64,000 nt of DNA, from assembly GCA_947259395.1 (NCBI GenBank), contig CAMYMN010000021.1, positions 9,434-73,433 on the forward strand, in the 5' to 3' direction. Under the pieces are notes generated by a model, which was not told where the DNA came from, did no database searches, and saw only the letters and a list, made by a program, of their open reading frames with translations. The position numbers were made by a program, and so were the translations under genes. The stretch comes from an uncultured Gammaproteobacteria bacterium. GTDB lineage: Bacteria > Pseudomonadota > Gammaproteobacteria > Arenicellales > JAANXG01. Positions 29,441-38,724 of this stretch are shown piece after piece; position 1 is the stretch's first letter; each line of letters starts with the position of its first letter.

Positions 29441-30636
29441 CACCGCGGTGGCGGATCCAGCTGCATGCGCACACGCAGTCGGACGCCGACCACGCTGCCG
29501 ATAAATCCCGCCACCAGCCACAGCCAACCATGCATGCTGCCCGATCCGATGCCCGCCAACAGCGCACCAATATTACAGCCGAAGGCGAGGCGGGCGCCGT
29601 AACCGAGGAGCAAACCGCCAATGATCGACGCCACCAGACGTTCGCGTTTGATACGGTCTTCGGGCGCAAACTTACCGGCTAGTGCTGCGGCGAGCACCGC
29701 CCCAAGAATGAGCCCGAAGTCCATGATTGAGATGTTGTCGGCCAGCACGCTGCGCGACAGCGCGACAGCGGGATATCCGGAACTCCAGTACGGCCACGAC
29801 GCGGCATCGCCACCGATCGCTGACCAGATCTTCGCACCCCACAGGCCAAAGGCGAAGGTGATCGACCACGGATGCCCGGCGATCAGCAGGGTCAACAGGT
29901 TGAATACCGCCAATCCGATCACCCCCCACAACAACGGCCAGGGACCCACAATCAACCGATCGGTAAAGCTGCTATCCGCGATTTTCGCCGCAAACAGTGG
30001 CTCAATGTTGCCATGACGTTGCCGTTCCACCGCCAGCACCACAACATACAAGGCGATCAGGCACAAGCCTTGCGCCAGCAGTGCCGGCCCCCAGCCCAAG
30101 GCGGTGATGAGGGACAGCTTGCCGAAGCTTGGTAGCGCCAACCACCAGTGAAGGTGGGCGGACGCGACCGTGGCGCCGATAATAAAGAACGCCAAGGTGA
30201 CAAGCATGGCGACGTGACCACCGCCGACGGTGAACAGGGTCCCGGAGCCGCAGCCACCGCCCAGCTGCATGCCGACACCGAAAATAAACGCGCCGATCAA
30301 CACCGAAAGGCCCACTGGCGCGACCGCCGCCTGCGCGTTGATGCCGGTAAATAGCTGTCCGAGCACCGGAAAAAACAACATCGATGTCAGACCCAGTAAG
30401 AGTATCTGCGCACGCGCGCTGGTACTGCGGCGTTCGCGGATAAAACGCCGCCACCCGCCTGCGAACCCGAACGCGGCATGCAACAGGGTCACGCCGAGTC
30501 CTGCGCCGATCAGGAACAACAATGATTGGCGGGTCTGGAATTCGTTTTGCAGGAACAGACTGACCGCTAACAGGGTCAAGAGCGTCATTAACGCTACAGG
30601 TTTATCAGGTGTGACTACAGAAGCGGATGTTTGCAT
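29440..30636 (-). CDS. YeeE/YedE family sulfur-compound (thiosulfate-type) transporter
   Basis: Polytopic membrane protein with the family's cysteine motifs GGGCGSGTLFTVGGG and FGCNIGALLAG; 398 aa. Confidence 0.8.
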   Translation of the reverse strand: MQTSASVVTPDKPVALMTLLTLLAVSLFLQNEFQTRQSLLFLIGAGLGVTLLHAAFGFAGGWRRFIRERRSTSARAQILLLGLTSMLFFPVLGQLFTGINAQAAVAPVGLSVLIGAFIFGVGMQLGGGCGSGTLFTVGGGHVAMLVTLAFFIIGATVASAHLHWWLALPSFGKLSLITALGWGPALLAQGLCLIALYVVVLAVERQRHGNIEPLFAAKIADSSFTDRLIVGPWPLLWGVIGLAVFNLLTLLIAGHPWSITFAFGLWGAKIWSAIGGDAASWPYWSSGYPAVALSRSVLADNISIMDFGLILGAVLAAALAGKFAPEDRIKRERLVASIIGGLLLGYGARLAFGCNIGALLAGIGSGSMHGWLWLVAGFIGSVVGVRLRVRMQLDPPPR

Positions 30637-31380
30637 GAGGCGTACTCGCTACAGTGTCGGTGGACAACGAAGTGTGCTGCAGGCTATAGCAAGTGTGAAC
30701 TAACATCAAGGCATCTTCACCGTAGCGTCAAACGAAACGCGATGTCAGTTATGGCCGCGGGTCTGGTACACGGGATCGGTGTCGCTTTAGACACACGCAA
30801 AAGGTTGTTGCTAGAAAATTCATGGGTCGCATGAGTGTTAATACAACCGCGCAAGGACTGGTGAGGGCTGTGACGGGTATACCTAGTTGGCGTGCTACGA
30901 TCGCAGCGACATCGTGTGATGTAACCCCGACGTTTTAAGATTGTAACCTGGCAGCGGTGTTCGCAGGCGACGCGATATGGCGTTTTTTATTCCCTAAAAA
31001 CTTGGTAATTGATTGGTTTTTATCTTGATTTCCGAGGGGTATAGTATGTTTCCCGGAAATCGTCGCTGCTTGCGTAACGCACGACATGCGATTACCGGGG
31101 AGGACCAAAAGATAAGATGGCTCGCGGTTGTCGCGGTGGCGTGCAGGGCAACAAAATTTGTTAATAAATGGCAAAAATATTTTGATTATTAGAGTCTACG
31201 CGGTTGACACCATGGGAGAGGATTGAGTTTCGAGCAGTAACGTGTTTGCGCACAACAAAAAAGTTTTGTCTGCTAGATAAATCATCACATCAATCCACAG
31301 CCGCGCCGCAGGTCCTGTGACCAAGTAACCAAGGGTCGATAACGGCGTGATACAGTTACATTAGTGTAAGGAGGGCATCC

Positions 31381-32409
31381 ATGATAATTCAATTGAAAAC
31401 GTTTTCTAGAATTCTGCTAGCGGCCACGCTCATTGCCGGTGTGTCGGGCCAGACCCACGCCAGAACCACGCTGGAAATGGCGTACATGCCGATTGTGCCG
31501 TGCAGCCAACTTTTCGTGATCGAAGGTATGGGTTGGGCGAAGGACGCGGGCATCGATCTCAAGCTGACGCGATTTCCCAACGGCCCGGCGATCGTCCAGG
31601 CCATTGCCTCCGGCAAGATGGACGTCATGTGTTTCGGCATCGGGCCGGCGATGGTGACGCGCGGCAAGGGCATCAAGCTCAAGGTCATTGCCGCCGGCAT
31701 CGTCAATCAGATCGGTGTCATCGCCCAGGGTGATCTGGTCAAGTACTTCGAAAAGCACAACAATGGGAAGGATGCGCTCATGGCTTTTGCCAAGGACAAG
31801 GGCCGCAAACCCAAGATCGCAAGCTTTCCCAAGGGCTCGGTTCCCGATACCGTAACCCGTCACTGGCTGCTGCGCTCGCTGGGTATGCAGCTAAGCGATG
31901 TCGAATTGATCGGCATGGGCGCCGCGCGCGTACAACAGGCGCTGTTGTCGCGGTCCGTGGATGCCGCCGGGATCCTGGAGCCGATCTTGACCATCGTCGA
32001 GAGCAAGTTGCCGGACGCCAAGGTCGTAGCCCGGGCAACGCAAATGATGGACGGTCAGCCCGGGTCCACCATCGCCGCCCGTGAGAACGTGATTGCCGAT
32101 CATCGCGACGCGCTCGTCAAGTTGATCGAACTGCACATCAAGGCCACCGAGCTGTTGAAGAACGACCCGGCCATGGCGGCGCCGCATGTGAAGAACTTCG
32201 TCGCCAAGGGTCTGATCGACGTTGGCACCATTGAAAAATCCCTGAAATCGCCGTCGTCCAACTTCAAGGCCAATCCGGAAGAAATCAAGGAAGGCACCCA
32301 GTACATGCACGACTTCCAAAAGAGCGAGAAGATCAAGACCAACGTATCCGTCGATGGCTTGTTTGACTTCAGCATCTACAAGGACGCCGCGAAGAATCTC
32401 GGCATGTAA
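31381..32409 (+). CDS. ABC transporter periplasmic substrate-binding protein (NMT1/SsuA/TauA-like)
   Basis: Signal peptide plus an NMT1-like fold (LEMAYMPIVPCSQLFVIEGMGWAKDAGIDLKLTRFPNGPAIVQAIASGKMDV). Confidence 0.75.
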   Translation: MIIQLKTFSRILLAATLIAGVSGQTHARTTLEMAYMPIVPCSQLFVIEGMGWAKDAGIDLKLTRFPNGPAIVQAIASGKMDVMCFGIGPAMVTRGKGIKLKVIAAGIVNQIGVIAQGDLVKYFEKHNNGKDALMAFAKDKGRKPKIASFPKGSVPDTVTRHWLLRSLGMQLSDVELIGMGAARVQQALLSRSVDAAGILEPILTIVESKLPDAKVVARATQMMDGQPGSTIAARENVIADHRDALVKLIELHIKATELLKNDPAMAAPHVKNFVAKGLIDVGTIEKSLKSPSSNFKANPEEIKEGTQYMHDFQKSEKIKTNVSVDGLFDFSIYKDAAKNLGM

Positions 32410-32448
32410 AGACGCAGTTTCGTGCAACAGACGAAGTAGGCGGTAACC

Positions 32449-33201
32449 GTGAAATCCAGCACCCGGTATTTCCTGTCGGCGCTCGGGCTGGCCGGTTTCC
32501 TGCTGATCTGGGAGGGAATCGCGCGCAGCGGGTTGCTCGAAACCTACCTGCTGCCCCCACCCAGCACCATTCCGGCCGCCTTGTTTTCTGAAATCCGCGA
32601 GGGTTTCTGGCAGGTGATGGTCGTCGCCAGCCTGCGTCACTATACCGTCGGGTTTGTGCTGGGTTCGGTCCTGGGCGTCGGCCTGGGCGTCATGGTGGCG
32701 TTGTTCCCGCGCATCGAGGCCAGCCAAGCGTGGTTGGCCCGTGTCCTGCGTCCGATCCCGCCGTTGGCGTGGATTCCGTTTGCCATCATCTGGTTCGGGA
32801 TCACCGAAACCGCGGCTGCGTTCATCATCTCCATCGGTATCTTCTGGATAAACTACTTTACCGCCATGGGCGCGGTGCAGGCAGTGGACAAGGACCTGAT
32901 CGAGGTCGCCCGCGCATTCGGCCACCGTTCTTTTCCGGCGCTGCTGCGTAAGGTCATCCTGCCGGGCGCGGCGCCGGGGATCCTCAGCGGGTTGCGCGCC
33001 GGTCTGGGCCAGGGATGGATGACGGTGGTGGCGGCGGAGCTGTTTGGGATCCAAGGCATCGGTCAACGCATGATCGAGGCCTCGGGCCTGCTGGCGACGA
33101 ACGTGGTCATCCTGTACATGTTCTCCATCGCCCTGCTCTATGGGGTCAGCGACTACATATTCGTGCTCATTCAAAAAAGGATCCTGGCGTGGCAAAGATA
33201 A
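32449..33201 (+). CDS. ABC transporter permease (SsuC/TauC-like, BPD_transp_1)
   Basis: Six-TM permease with an EAA-like loop (IEVARAFGHRSFPALLRKVILPGAAPGILSGLR). Confidence 0.8.
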   Translation: MKSSTRYFLSALGLAGFLLIWEGIARSGLLETYLLPPPSTIPAALFSEIREGFWQVMVVASLRHYTVGFVLGSVLGVGLGVMVALFPRIEASQAWLARVLRPIPPLAWIPFAIIWFGITETAAAFIISIGIFWINYFTAMGAVQAVDKDLIEVARAFGHRSFPALLRKVILPGAAPGILSGLRAGLGQGWMTVVAAELFGIQGIGQRMIEASGLLATNVVILYMFSIALLYGVSDYIFVLIQKRILAWQR

Positions 33202-33959
33202 TCGAAACCCAGGATTTGGCGGTCGCCTTCGCCGAAGGGGACGATCACAATATTATCTTCCGTCACTTGAATGTGAGCGTTGAGAAGGGGGAGTTCGTGA
33301 CCCTGGTCGGGGTATCGGGCGCGGGTAAATCCACGTTACTGCGGGTGATCGCCGATCTCATCCCGCCCTACGAAGGATCGGTCAAGCTCGATGCCGCGCA
33401 CGACCCAACACGACGACCTATCGCGATGGTATTTCAAGCGGCGCTGCTGATGCCGTGGCGCAAGGTGGGAGACAACATCTCGCTCGGCTTGGACGGCATC
33501 GACGTGTCGGCAGCAGTGAAGAAGGAACGGGTGGAGTGGACCCTGGAGCTCGTCGGACTTGCCGGCTACGAGGATCGTTGGCCGTATCAGCTGTCCGGCG
33601 GCCAGCGCCAGCGCATTGGCATCGCCCGCGCGTTGGCCGTTGACCCGGCGATTCTGCTGATGGATGAACCGTTCGGGGCCCTCGATGCCATTACCCGCAC
33701 CGGTCTGCAGGACGAACTGCTGCGCATCTGGCAGGAGACCCATAAATCCATCCTGTTTGTCACCCACGACATCGAGGAAGCCGTGTATCTGGGAGATCGG
33801 GTGCTACTACTGGGCGATAAGCCGGCACATATCGTCAACGAATACCACATTACCGTGGACCGTGATCAGCGCCGTGAGAGCGAAGAATTTCTGCACATGG
33901 TCGACGAGGTAAAGGCCGGGCTGTTGGCGGCGATGGCCTTGAGTAACGGCAGCGGGTAG
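33189..33959 (+). CDS. ABC transporter ATP-binding protein (SsuB/TauB-like)
   Basis: Walker A GVSGAGKST, signature LSGGQRQR and Walker B ILLMDEP. Start placed at GTG 33189, overlapping the permease stop, rather than the ORF-track start at 33015. Confidence 0.8.
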   Translation: MAKIIETQDLAVAFAEGDDHNIIFRHLNVSVEKGEFVTLVGVSGAGKSTLLRVIADLIPPYEGSVKLDAAHDPTRRPIAMVFQAALLMPWRKVGDNISLGLDGIDVSAAVKKERVEWTLELVGLAGYEDRWPYQLSGGQRQRIGIARALAVDPAILLMDEPFGALDAITRTGLQDELLRIWQETHKSILFVTHDIEEAVYLGDRVLLLGDKPAHIVNEYHITVDRDQRRESEEFLHMVDEVKAGLLAAMALSNGSG

Positions 33960-34003
33960 ATCGCAGGTCCGCCCGTTACCAATGTTTGGGAGAAGGCGCA
34001 ACG

Positions 34004-35164
34004 ATGTCTTTAACGCTTAACGAACGTCCGGTGTTTGTCCTCGGTTCCGAACGCTCGGGGACCACCTTGATCATGGCGATCCTGGGCTGCCATCCCCGTC
34101 TGGCGGTACCGGAGGTCGCCTGGTATTACCCCCGTTTCCGGCCATACCTGTTTACCTACGGCGATCTGAGCGAGATGGAGAATTTTCGCACGCTGTGCCG
34201 CGAAATGGCCTATGGGTTGCGCACGCCGTTTTGGGGCATGACGGTGAACCCCGCCACGTTTGGCGATGAGATCGTGGCGCGTGCGCTCGCCCTGGAGCAG
34301 AGTTTCGCGGGTGTCTACGCAGCGATGCTCGGGCGTTATGCCGAAGAGCAGGGCAAGCCACGCTGGGGCGAGAAGACCCCTTACAACCTTTTTTACGTGG
34401 AACAGATTCTGGAAGACTTCCCCAACGCCCAGTTCGTGTTTATCTACCGCGACGGGCGTGACGCCAGCGCGGAGTTCCTGGATTCCTCATTTGGTCCCAC
34501 CAACATCTACAGTGCCGCCGAACTCTGGTTGATGGGCCAGGAGGCGGTGAAGCCATGGCGGGAGGCGTTGCCTGACGACCAGTGGTTCGACATCAAATAT
34601 GAAGACTTTGTGCGCGCGCCCGTGGAACACCTCAAACGGCTTTGCGCTTATTTGCAGGAGGACTACAGCGACGAGTTGATGGAATTCCATACCACGCCGA
34701 TCGCGAAACGCCGCGGCAAGACCAAGGACAATTGGGCACTGGCCGAACCCGTCTCAGATAAACACGTGGGCATCTACAAAGATTTGCTGAGCATTCGCGA
34801 CCAGCGGATTATGGCCGCGGTGGCGGGAGATGCACTGCGGGAATTCCGCTACGACAACGTTCTCGAGCCGCTTGAACTGAGCGTCGAGCAAATCGCTTTG
34901 CTGGACGAAATGGATGGTCGCTACCGGGCGGCCACACTCGATGGCCCTGGCGGCTGGATCGTGATCGAGAGCTACAACGACTGGCTCCTCGATCAGCGTG
35001 CGGTTCGCCGTGAAGCAGGCCTGTGGACCCAGGTTCCGGATCCACCGCCATTCCCCATTGGCCACAAGCACGAGGAATACCTCTCCGGCATGCGCGCCAA
35101 ACGCCAATGGAAGGACCACTTCTGTGTCAAACGGGAATACTCACGCGCCAAGGCAGTGCTCTAA
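34004..35164 (+). CDS. Sulfotransferase family protein
   Basis: PAPS-loop-like VLGSERSGTTL near the N-terminus, and FVFIYRDGRDA. ATG 34004 is preceded by GGGAGAAGG. It lies 44 nt downstream of the ABC ATPase on the same strand. Confidence 0.65.
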   Translation: MSLTLNERPVFVLGSERSGTTLIMAILGCHPRLAVPEVAWYYPRFRPYLFTYGDLSEMENFRTLCREMAYGLRTPFWGMTVNPATFGDEIVARALALEQSFAGVYAAMLGRYAEEQGKPRWGEKTPYNLFYVEQILEDFPNAQFVFIYRDGRDASAEFLDSSFGPTNIYSAAELWLMGQEAVKPWREALPDDQWFDIKYEDFVRAPVEHLKRLCAYLQEDYSDELMEFHTTPIAKRRGKTKDNWALAEPVSDKHVGIYKDLLSIRDQRIMAAVAGDALREFRYDNVLEPLELSVEQIALLDEMDGRYRAATLDGPGGWIVIESYNDWLLDQRAVRREAGLWTQVPDPPPFPIGHKHEEYLSGMRAKRQWKDHFCVKREYSRAKAVL

Positions 35165-35449
35165 CAGCGGTGCGGCGCGCAAGCCGCTCGAACCACGTGC
35201 CCACGGCCCGCGGCCTCTCGGGGGACCGATCGCCAGCTTACCTGCACCCGGCGCATGGCAAGATGACGCATCCGTATGGTACGGCCGCTAGCCTGCCCCC
35301 CGTTGAATAATCCTTCCACAGTATATGTCGTCGAAAAATTGTGTCAGCGGTGATGGCGTCGTCACGGAATAATGCGGTTGTGATATATTTTTGTGTTCCC
35401 AGTGGCGCAGCGCCGTGGTGAGTCGTGATTAGTTCTGAAACAGTCGCTT

Positions 35450-36103
35450 TTGTTTGTGAGTCAACTTAGTTTACACATACGCACCCTTGCCATGGGGATT
35501 GCCGCCGCGGCCGCGGCAGTATTGGTGACGTCTTGTGTCAGCAGTGCGCCCAGACATTCCGCGCCCGTGGTTGCCCCGCTACCGGAGTCGGCCCAGGTCA
35601 CCAAGGCCTATCCCATCGAACAGACCCGCGAATTCGTGGGTGAGGAGCTCAGAGGTAGTGTATTACCGGACACAGCAGGACCTCGGGTATTGCTGGGCAC
35701 ATCGCTCAACGGGACACCCGTGTATTTATCCGATTATCGCGGCAAGGTTGTGGTTGCGAGTTATTGGGCAAGCGGGTGTCCACCGTGTTGGACCGAACTA
35801 CCACAGTTGGAAGACATTCACACGGCGTACAATGGCCGTGATGTCGAGATTGTTGCGATCAATGTCGGCGAAGCCCGATCCGCGATCGACAGCTTCTTGC
35901 AGCAGCAACAAAAACCGCTTCGATTTACGATCTTGTCGGATCGCTCTGAGCGGGCATCCGTCGCCCAAGGGGTCGATGCGGTCCCCACCACGCTGGTGTT
36001 CGATGCCGAGGGAAAGGTGTCTAGGCGATACCCGGGGGTATCTGGATTCAATGCACAACGACTACGCAGCGACATCGACAGACTGCTCAGCAAGCGGGGT
36101 TGA
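35450..36103 (+). CDS. TlpA-like thiol:disulfide oxidoreductase lipoprotein (thioredoxin fold)
   Basis: Lipobox-like LVTSC, CPPC active site (WASGCPPCWTELPQL) and a thioredoxin-like C-terminus. The start is TTG 35450 or ATG 35492. Confidence 0.75.
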   Translation: MFVSQLSLHIRTLAMGIAAAAAAVLVTSCVSSAPRHSAPVVAPLPESAQVTKAYPIEQTREFVGEELRGSVLPDTAGPRVLLGTSLNGTPVYLSDYRGKVVVASYWASGCPPCWTELPQLEDIHTAYNGRDVEIVAINVGEARSAIDSFLQQQQKPLRFTILSDRSERASVAQGVDAVPTTLVFDAEGKVSRRYPGVSGFNAQRLRSDIDRLLSKRG

Positions 36104-36130
36104 GTTTTGGTAGCACGAGACAAAACCCCG

Positions 36131-37120
36131 ATGGATCGGCAGGCGCTCCCGGACCGTACGGTATCGGTGGCGCCAATGATGGACTGTACCGACCGGCACG
36201 ACCGCTATTTGCTGCGGTTGATCTCTCGGCGGACGTTGCTGTACACGGAAATGATACCGGCCACGACGCTCATTTACGGTAATCGAGATCGTTGCTTGGC
36301 GTTCCATACCTTTGAGCAGCCGGTGGCCCTGCAAATCGGCGGCAGCGACCCCTCGCAAATGGCGCTGTGCGCTCGATATGGCGAGGACTACGGTTACCGA
36401 GAGATCAACATGAACGTCGGGTGCCCAAGCGATCGCGTACGATCGGGTCAGTTTGGCGCTTGCCTGATGGCACGGCCGCAGCGCGTAGCCGAATGTGTAC
36501 ACGCCATGGCCGATTCCGTCGGCTTGCCGGTGACAGTCAAATGCCGTATCGGCATTGACGATCACGACACACCGGAAAACTTGTGCGCGTTTATTGATAC
36601 GGTTTCCAATGCCGGTTGTGACGTGTTCGTCATACATGCACGCAAGGCTTGGTTAAACGGGTTGAGTCCGAGACAAAATCGTACCGTCCCACCGTTGCGC
36701 TATGACATCGTTCACGCAATCAAAAGCGAATTTCCCCATCTCACCATTGTGATCAACGGAGGGATTACCAGTCTGGATGCGGCGGCGCGGCAATTGGAAT
36801 CGGTAGATGGGGTGATGATCGGACGGCAAGCCTACGCCAATCCGTATCTACTCGCCGATGTGGACCGGCGGTTCTATGGTGACCGTCAACCTGCAGTAAG
36901 CCGCGAGGCGGTGCTCGAGCAATACATCGAATATTGTGCCCAGCAGCTGGCGGCGGGCTGCCGGTTGCATTGGCTCACACGGCATATACTGGGGCTGTTT
37001 CATGGGCAACCACGAGCCAAGGTATGGCGGCGGTACCTTAGCGAACACGTTCATGATCCGGGGGCTGGAGTCGAAGTCATTCGTGACGCGGCACGGGAAG
37101 TCTTGCCACTTGCGTCGTAA
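36131..37120 (+). CDS. dusA: tRNA-dihydrouridine(20/20a) synthase
   Basis: VSVAPMMDCTDRHDRYLLR, EINMNVGCPSDRV and HARKAWL are collinear with DusA. Start taken at ATG 36131. Confidence 0.9.
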   Translation: MDRQALPDRTVSVAPMMDCTDRHDRYLLRLISRRTLLYTEMIPATTLIYGNRDRCLAFHTFEQPVALQIGGSDPSQMALCARYGEDYGYREINMNVGCPSDRVRSGQFGACLMARPQRVAECVHAMADSVGLPVTVKCRIGIDDHDTPENLCAFIDTVSNAGCDVFVIHARKAWLNGLSPRQNRTVPPLRYDIVHAIKSEFPHLTIVINGGITSLDAAARQLESVDGVMIGRQAYANPYLLADVDRRFYGDRQPAVSREAVLEQYIEYCAQQLAAGCRLHWLTRHILGLFHGQPRAKVWRRYLSEHVHDPGAGVEVIRDAAREVLPLAS

Positions 37121-37197
37121 TATTGGGAACTTGTTTACGGTTGCCGCGGTCAAAGCCAGCCGTTTGGGGCCAAATTGAAACCACCAAGGAGAATATA

Positions 37198-37662
37198 GTG
37201 ATTCACATCCTGACAGCTACTATTTCCAGCCTATGTTTATTGATCGCCGCGGTGTGGACGACCACGGTAGTAGCGGCGGAGACGGAGGACATCATCAAGT
37301 ACCGGCAAGGAGTTATGAAATCAGTGGGCGGGCACATGGCCGCCGCTGCCCAGATCGTGCGCGGGAAAGTCGATTATGCCGACGATCTTGTTTACCACGC
37401 TGAATCGATCGCCCGAACTATGCAGACCGTTGAATCCCTGTTTCCCAAGGATACGGATTTTGGTGAGACTCGCGCGTTGGATGCGATCTGGTCCCAAGCC
37501 GATAAGTTCAAGCAGGTGTCCGACGAGGCCAGGGCGGCGACATCGGCGTTTCGCGACACCGTAAAGGCCAACGATAAGGCCGCGTTCACGGCAAAATTCA
37601 AGACGGTGGCGGATTCGTGCAAGGCGTGCCACAAGGATTTCCGCGAAAAGAAAGAACAGTAA
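37198..37662 (+). CDS. Class II cytochrome c (cytochrome c'/c-556 type)
   Basis: Signal peptide, four-helix-type sequence and a C-terminal haem site CKACHKDF. GTG 37198 is preceded by an AAGGAG Shine-Dalgarno sequence. Confidence 0.75.
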   Translation: MIHILTATISSLCLLIAAVWTTTVVAAETEDIIKYRQGVMKSVGGHMAAAAQIVRGKVDYADDLVYHAESIARTMQTVESLFPKDTDFGETRALDAIWSQADKFKQVSDEARAATSAFRDTVKANDKAAFTAKFKTVADSCKACHKDFREKKEQ

Positions 37663-38576
37663 GCATCATCCCGGGTCTGGCCCGTGGCTTGATCTTATTG
37701 TGGGTGATGGTTGCCAGCGCGGTACCGGTGGCGCGCGGCGCTTCGTTGCTTGAGCGCGGCGAGTACCTGGTCCGCGCCGGCGGTTGCACCAACTGTCATA
37801 CCGATGAGCAGGGTGCGTTCCTCGCCGGCGGACGCGCGCTGAACACCCCATTTGGGACCTTCTACGCCCCCAACATCACGCCGCATCGGCGGCATGGTAT
37901 CGGCGGATGGACCGACGCTGAATTTTTGCGCGCCATGAAGGCCGGCTTGGCGCCGGACGGTGATAATTATTATCCGGCATTTCCCTACGTCGCCTACGCC
38001 GGGATGCGGCGCGAAGATGTGTTGGCGGTAAAGGCCTATTTGGACAGCATTCCGCCGATGGCGCAGCCCAATCAGCCGCATCGGCTGCCTTGGTATCTGC
38101 GTATTCGCCCTGTACTGTGGTTGTGGAAGTGGCGGTACCTCTCATTCCTCGCGCCGGGGAAGACCCACGACTCTGATCCGGAACGGCAACGCGGCGCGTA
38201 TCTGGTTAACGCGTTGGCGCATTGCGGCGAGTGTCACACGCCACGGGATTGGTTCGGCGGCTTGATCGATGCTCGGCGCCATGCGGGAAGCGTGAGTGAT
38301 CCGGATGGCGATGTGGTGCCCAATATAACGCCGGACCGCAAAACCGGTATCGGCAAATGGTCCGACGATGATTTGTTGTTCTACTTGGAGACCGGTCTTA
38401 CGCCCGCCGGCGATTCCGCCGGCGGTCCGATGGCGGCGGTGATCGATAATGTTACCAGCCGCTTGACGAAATCAGATCTACAAGCGATTGTGCGTTATGT
38501 GTTGTCACTGGCGCCCATCGAGAACTCATTGCAGTCGAGTCAGTCAAAGACCGAACGCGACCCCTACGAATATTGA
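37617..38576 (+). CDS. Dihaem c-type cytochrome
   Basis: Two CxxCH sites (CTNCH, CGECH) and a signal-like segment LILLWVMVASAVPVARG. The start is uncertain: GTG 37617 overlaps the upstream gene by 46 nt. Confidence 0.75.
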   Translation: MQGVPQGFPRKERTVSIIPGLARGLILLWVMVASAVPVARGASLLERGEYLVRAGGCTNCHTDEQGAFLAGGRALNTPFGTFYAPNITPHRRHGIGGWTDAEFLRAMKAGLAPDGDNYYPAFPYVAYAGMRREDVLAVKAYLDSIPPMAQPNQPHRLPWYLRIRPVLWLWKWRYLSFLAPGKTHDSDPERQRGAYLVNALAHCGECHTPRDWFGGLIDARRHAGSVSDPDGDVVPNITPDRKTGIGKWSDDDLLFYLETGLTPAGDSAGGPMAAVIDNVTSRLTKSDLQAIVRYVLSLAPIENSLQSSQSKTERDPYEY

Positions 38577-38724
38577 TCGTTAAATATTGTGAGCCGGCGG
38601 AAAATTACCGAACATCAGTCGAGTGAATTTGTATACTTTGCCGATCACTGCCGCGCATCCATGAGAACGGCTTCAGTATCGGGCCGTTGTCTTAGTTAAT
38701 TTCAGCTTCAACAAGCGTATAGGC

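Noticed and set aside
29441-29527. Longer 160-aa version of the acidic repeat protein overlapping the yeeE 3' end
   Set aside because: The internal ATG at 29440 gives a positively charged N-terminus followed by a TM helix, and it couples exactly to the yeeE stop. The extension is Arg/Gly/Ala-rich overlap sequence.
30840-31380. TPP riboswitch upstream of the NMT1/ThiY-like binding protein
   Set aside because: The conserved TPP aptamer strings (CTGAGA and the ACCTGATCTGGATAATGCCAGCG-like core) were not found on either strand by eye. The downstream genes also fit a sulfonate-type rather than a thiXYZ context. An Infernal scan would be decisive.
33015-33188. Upstream extension of the ABC ATPase ORF overlapping the permease by about 190 nt
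   Set aside because: The extension is Gly/His/Arg-rich out-of-frame read-through of the permease gene. GTG 33189 gives a normal ATPase N-terminus about 35 aa before the Walker A motif.
31891-33195. 434-aa ORF on the minus strand, the longest unannotated ORF in the window
   Set aside because: It is entirely antisense to three well-supported ABC transporter genes with clear Walker, EAA and binding-protein motifs. Its translation is Arg/Gly/Asp/Gln/His-rich low-complexity sequence, typical of spurious antisense frames in GC-rich coding DNA.
35535-36113. 192-aa alternative-frame ORF overlapping the TlpA-like gene
   Set aside because: It is on the same strand but a different frame from a gene with a lipobox and a CPPC thioredoxin motif. 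Its translation is Arg/Ser/Pro-rich and lacks motifs.
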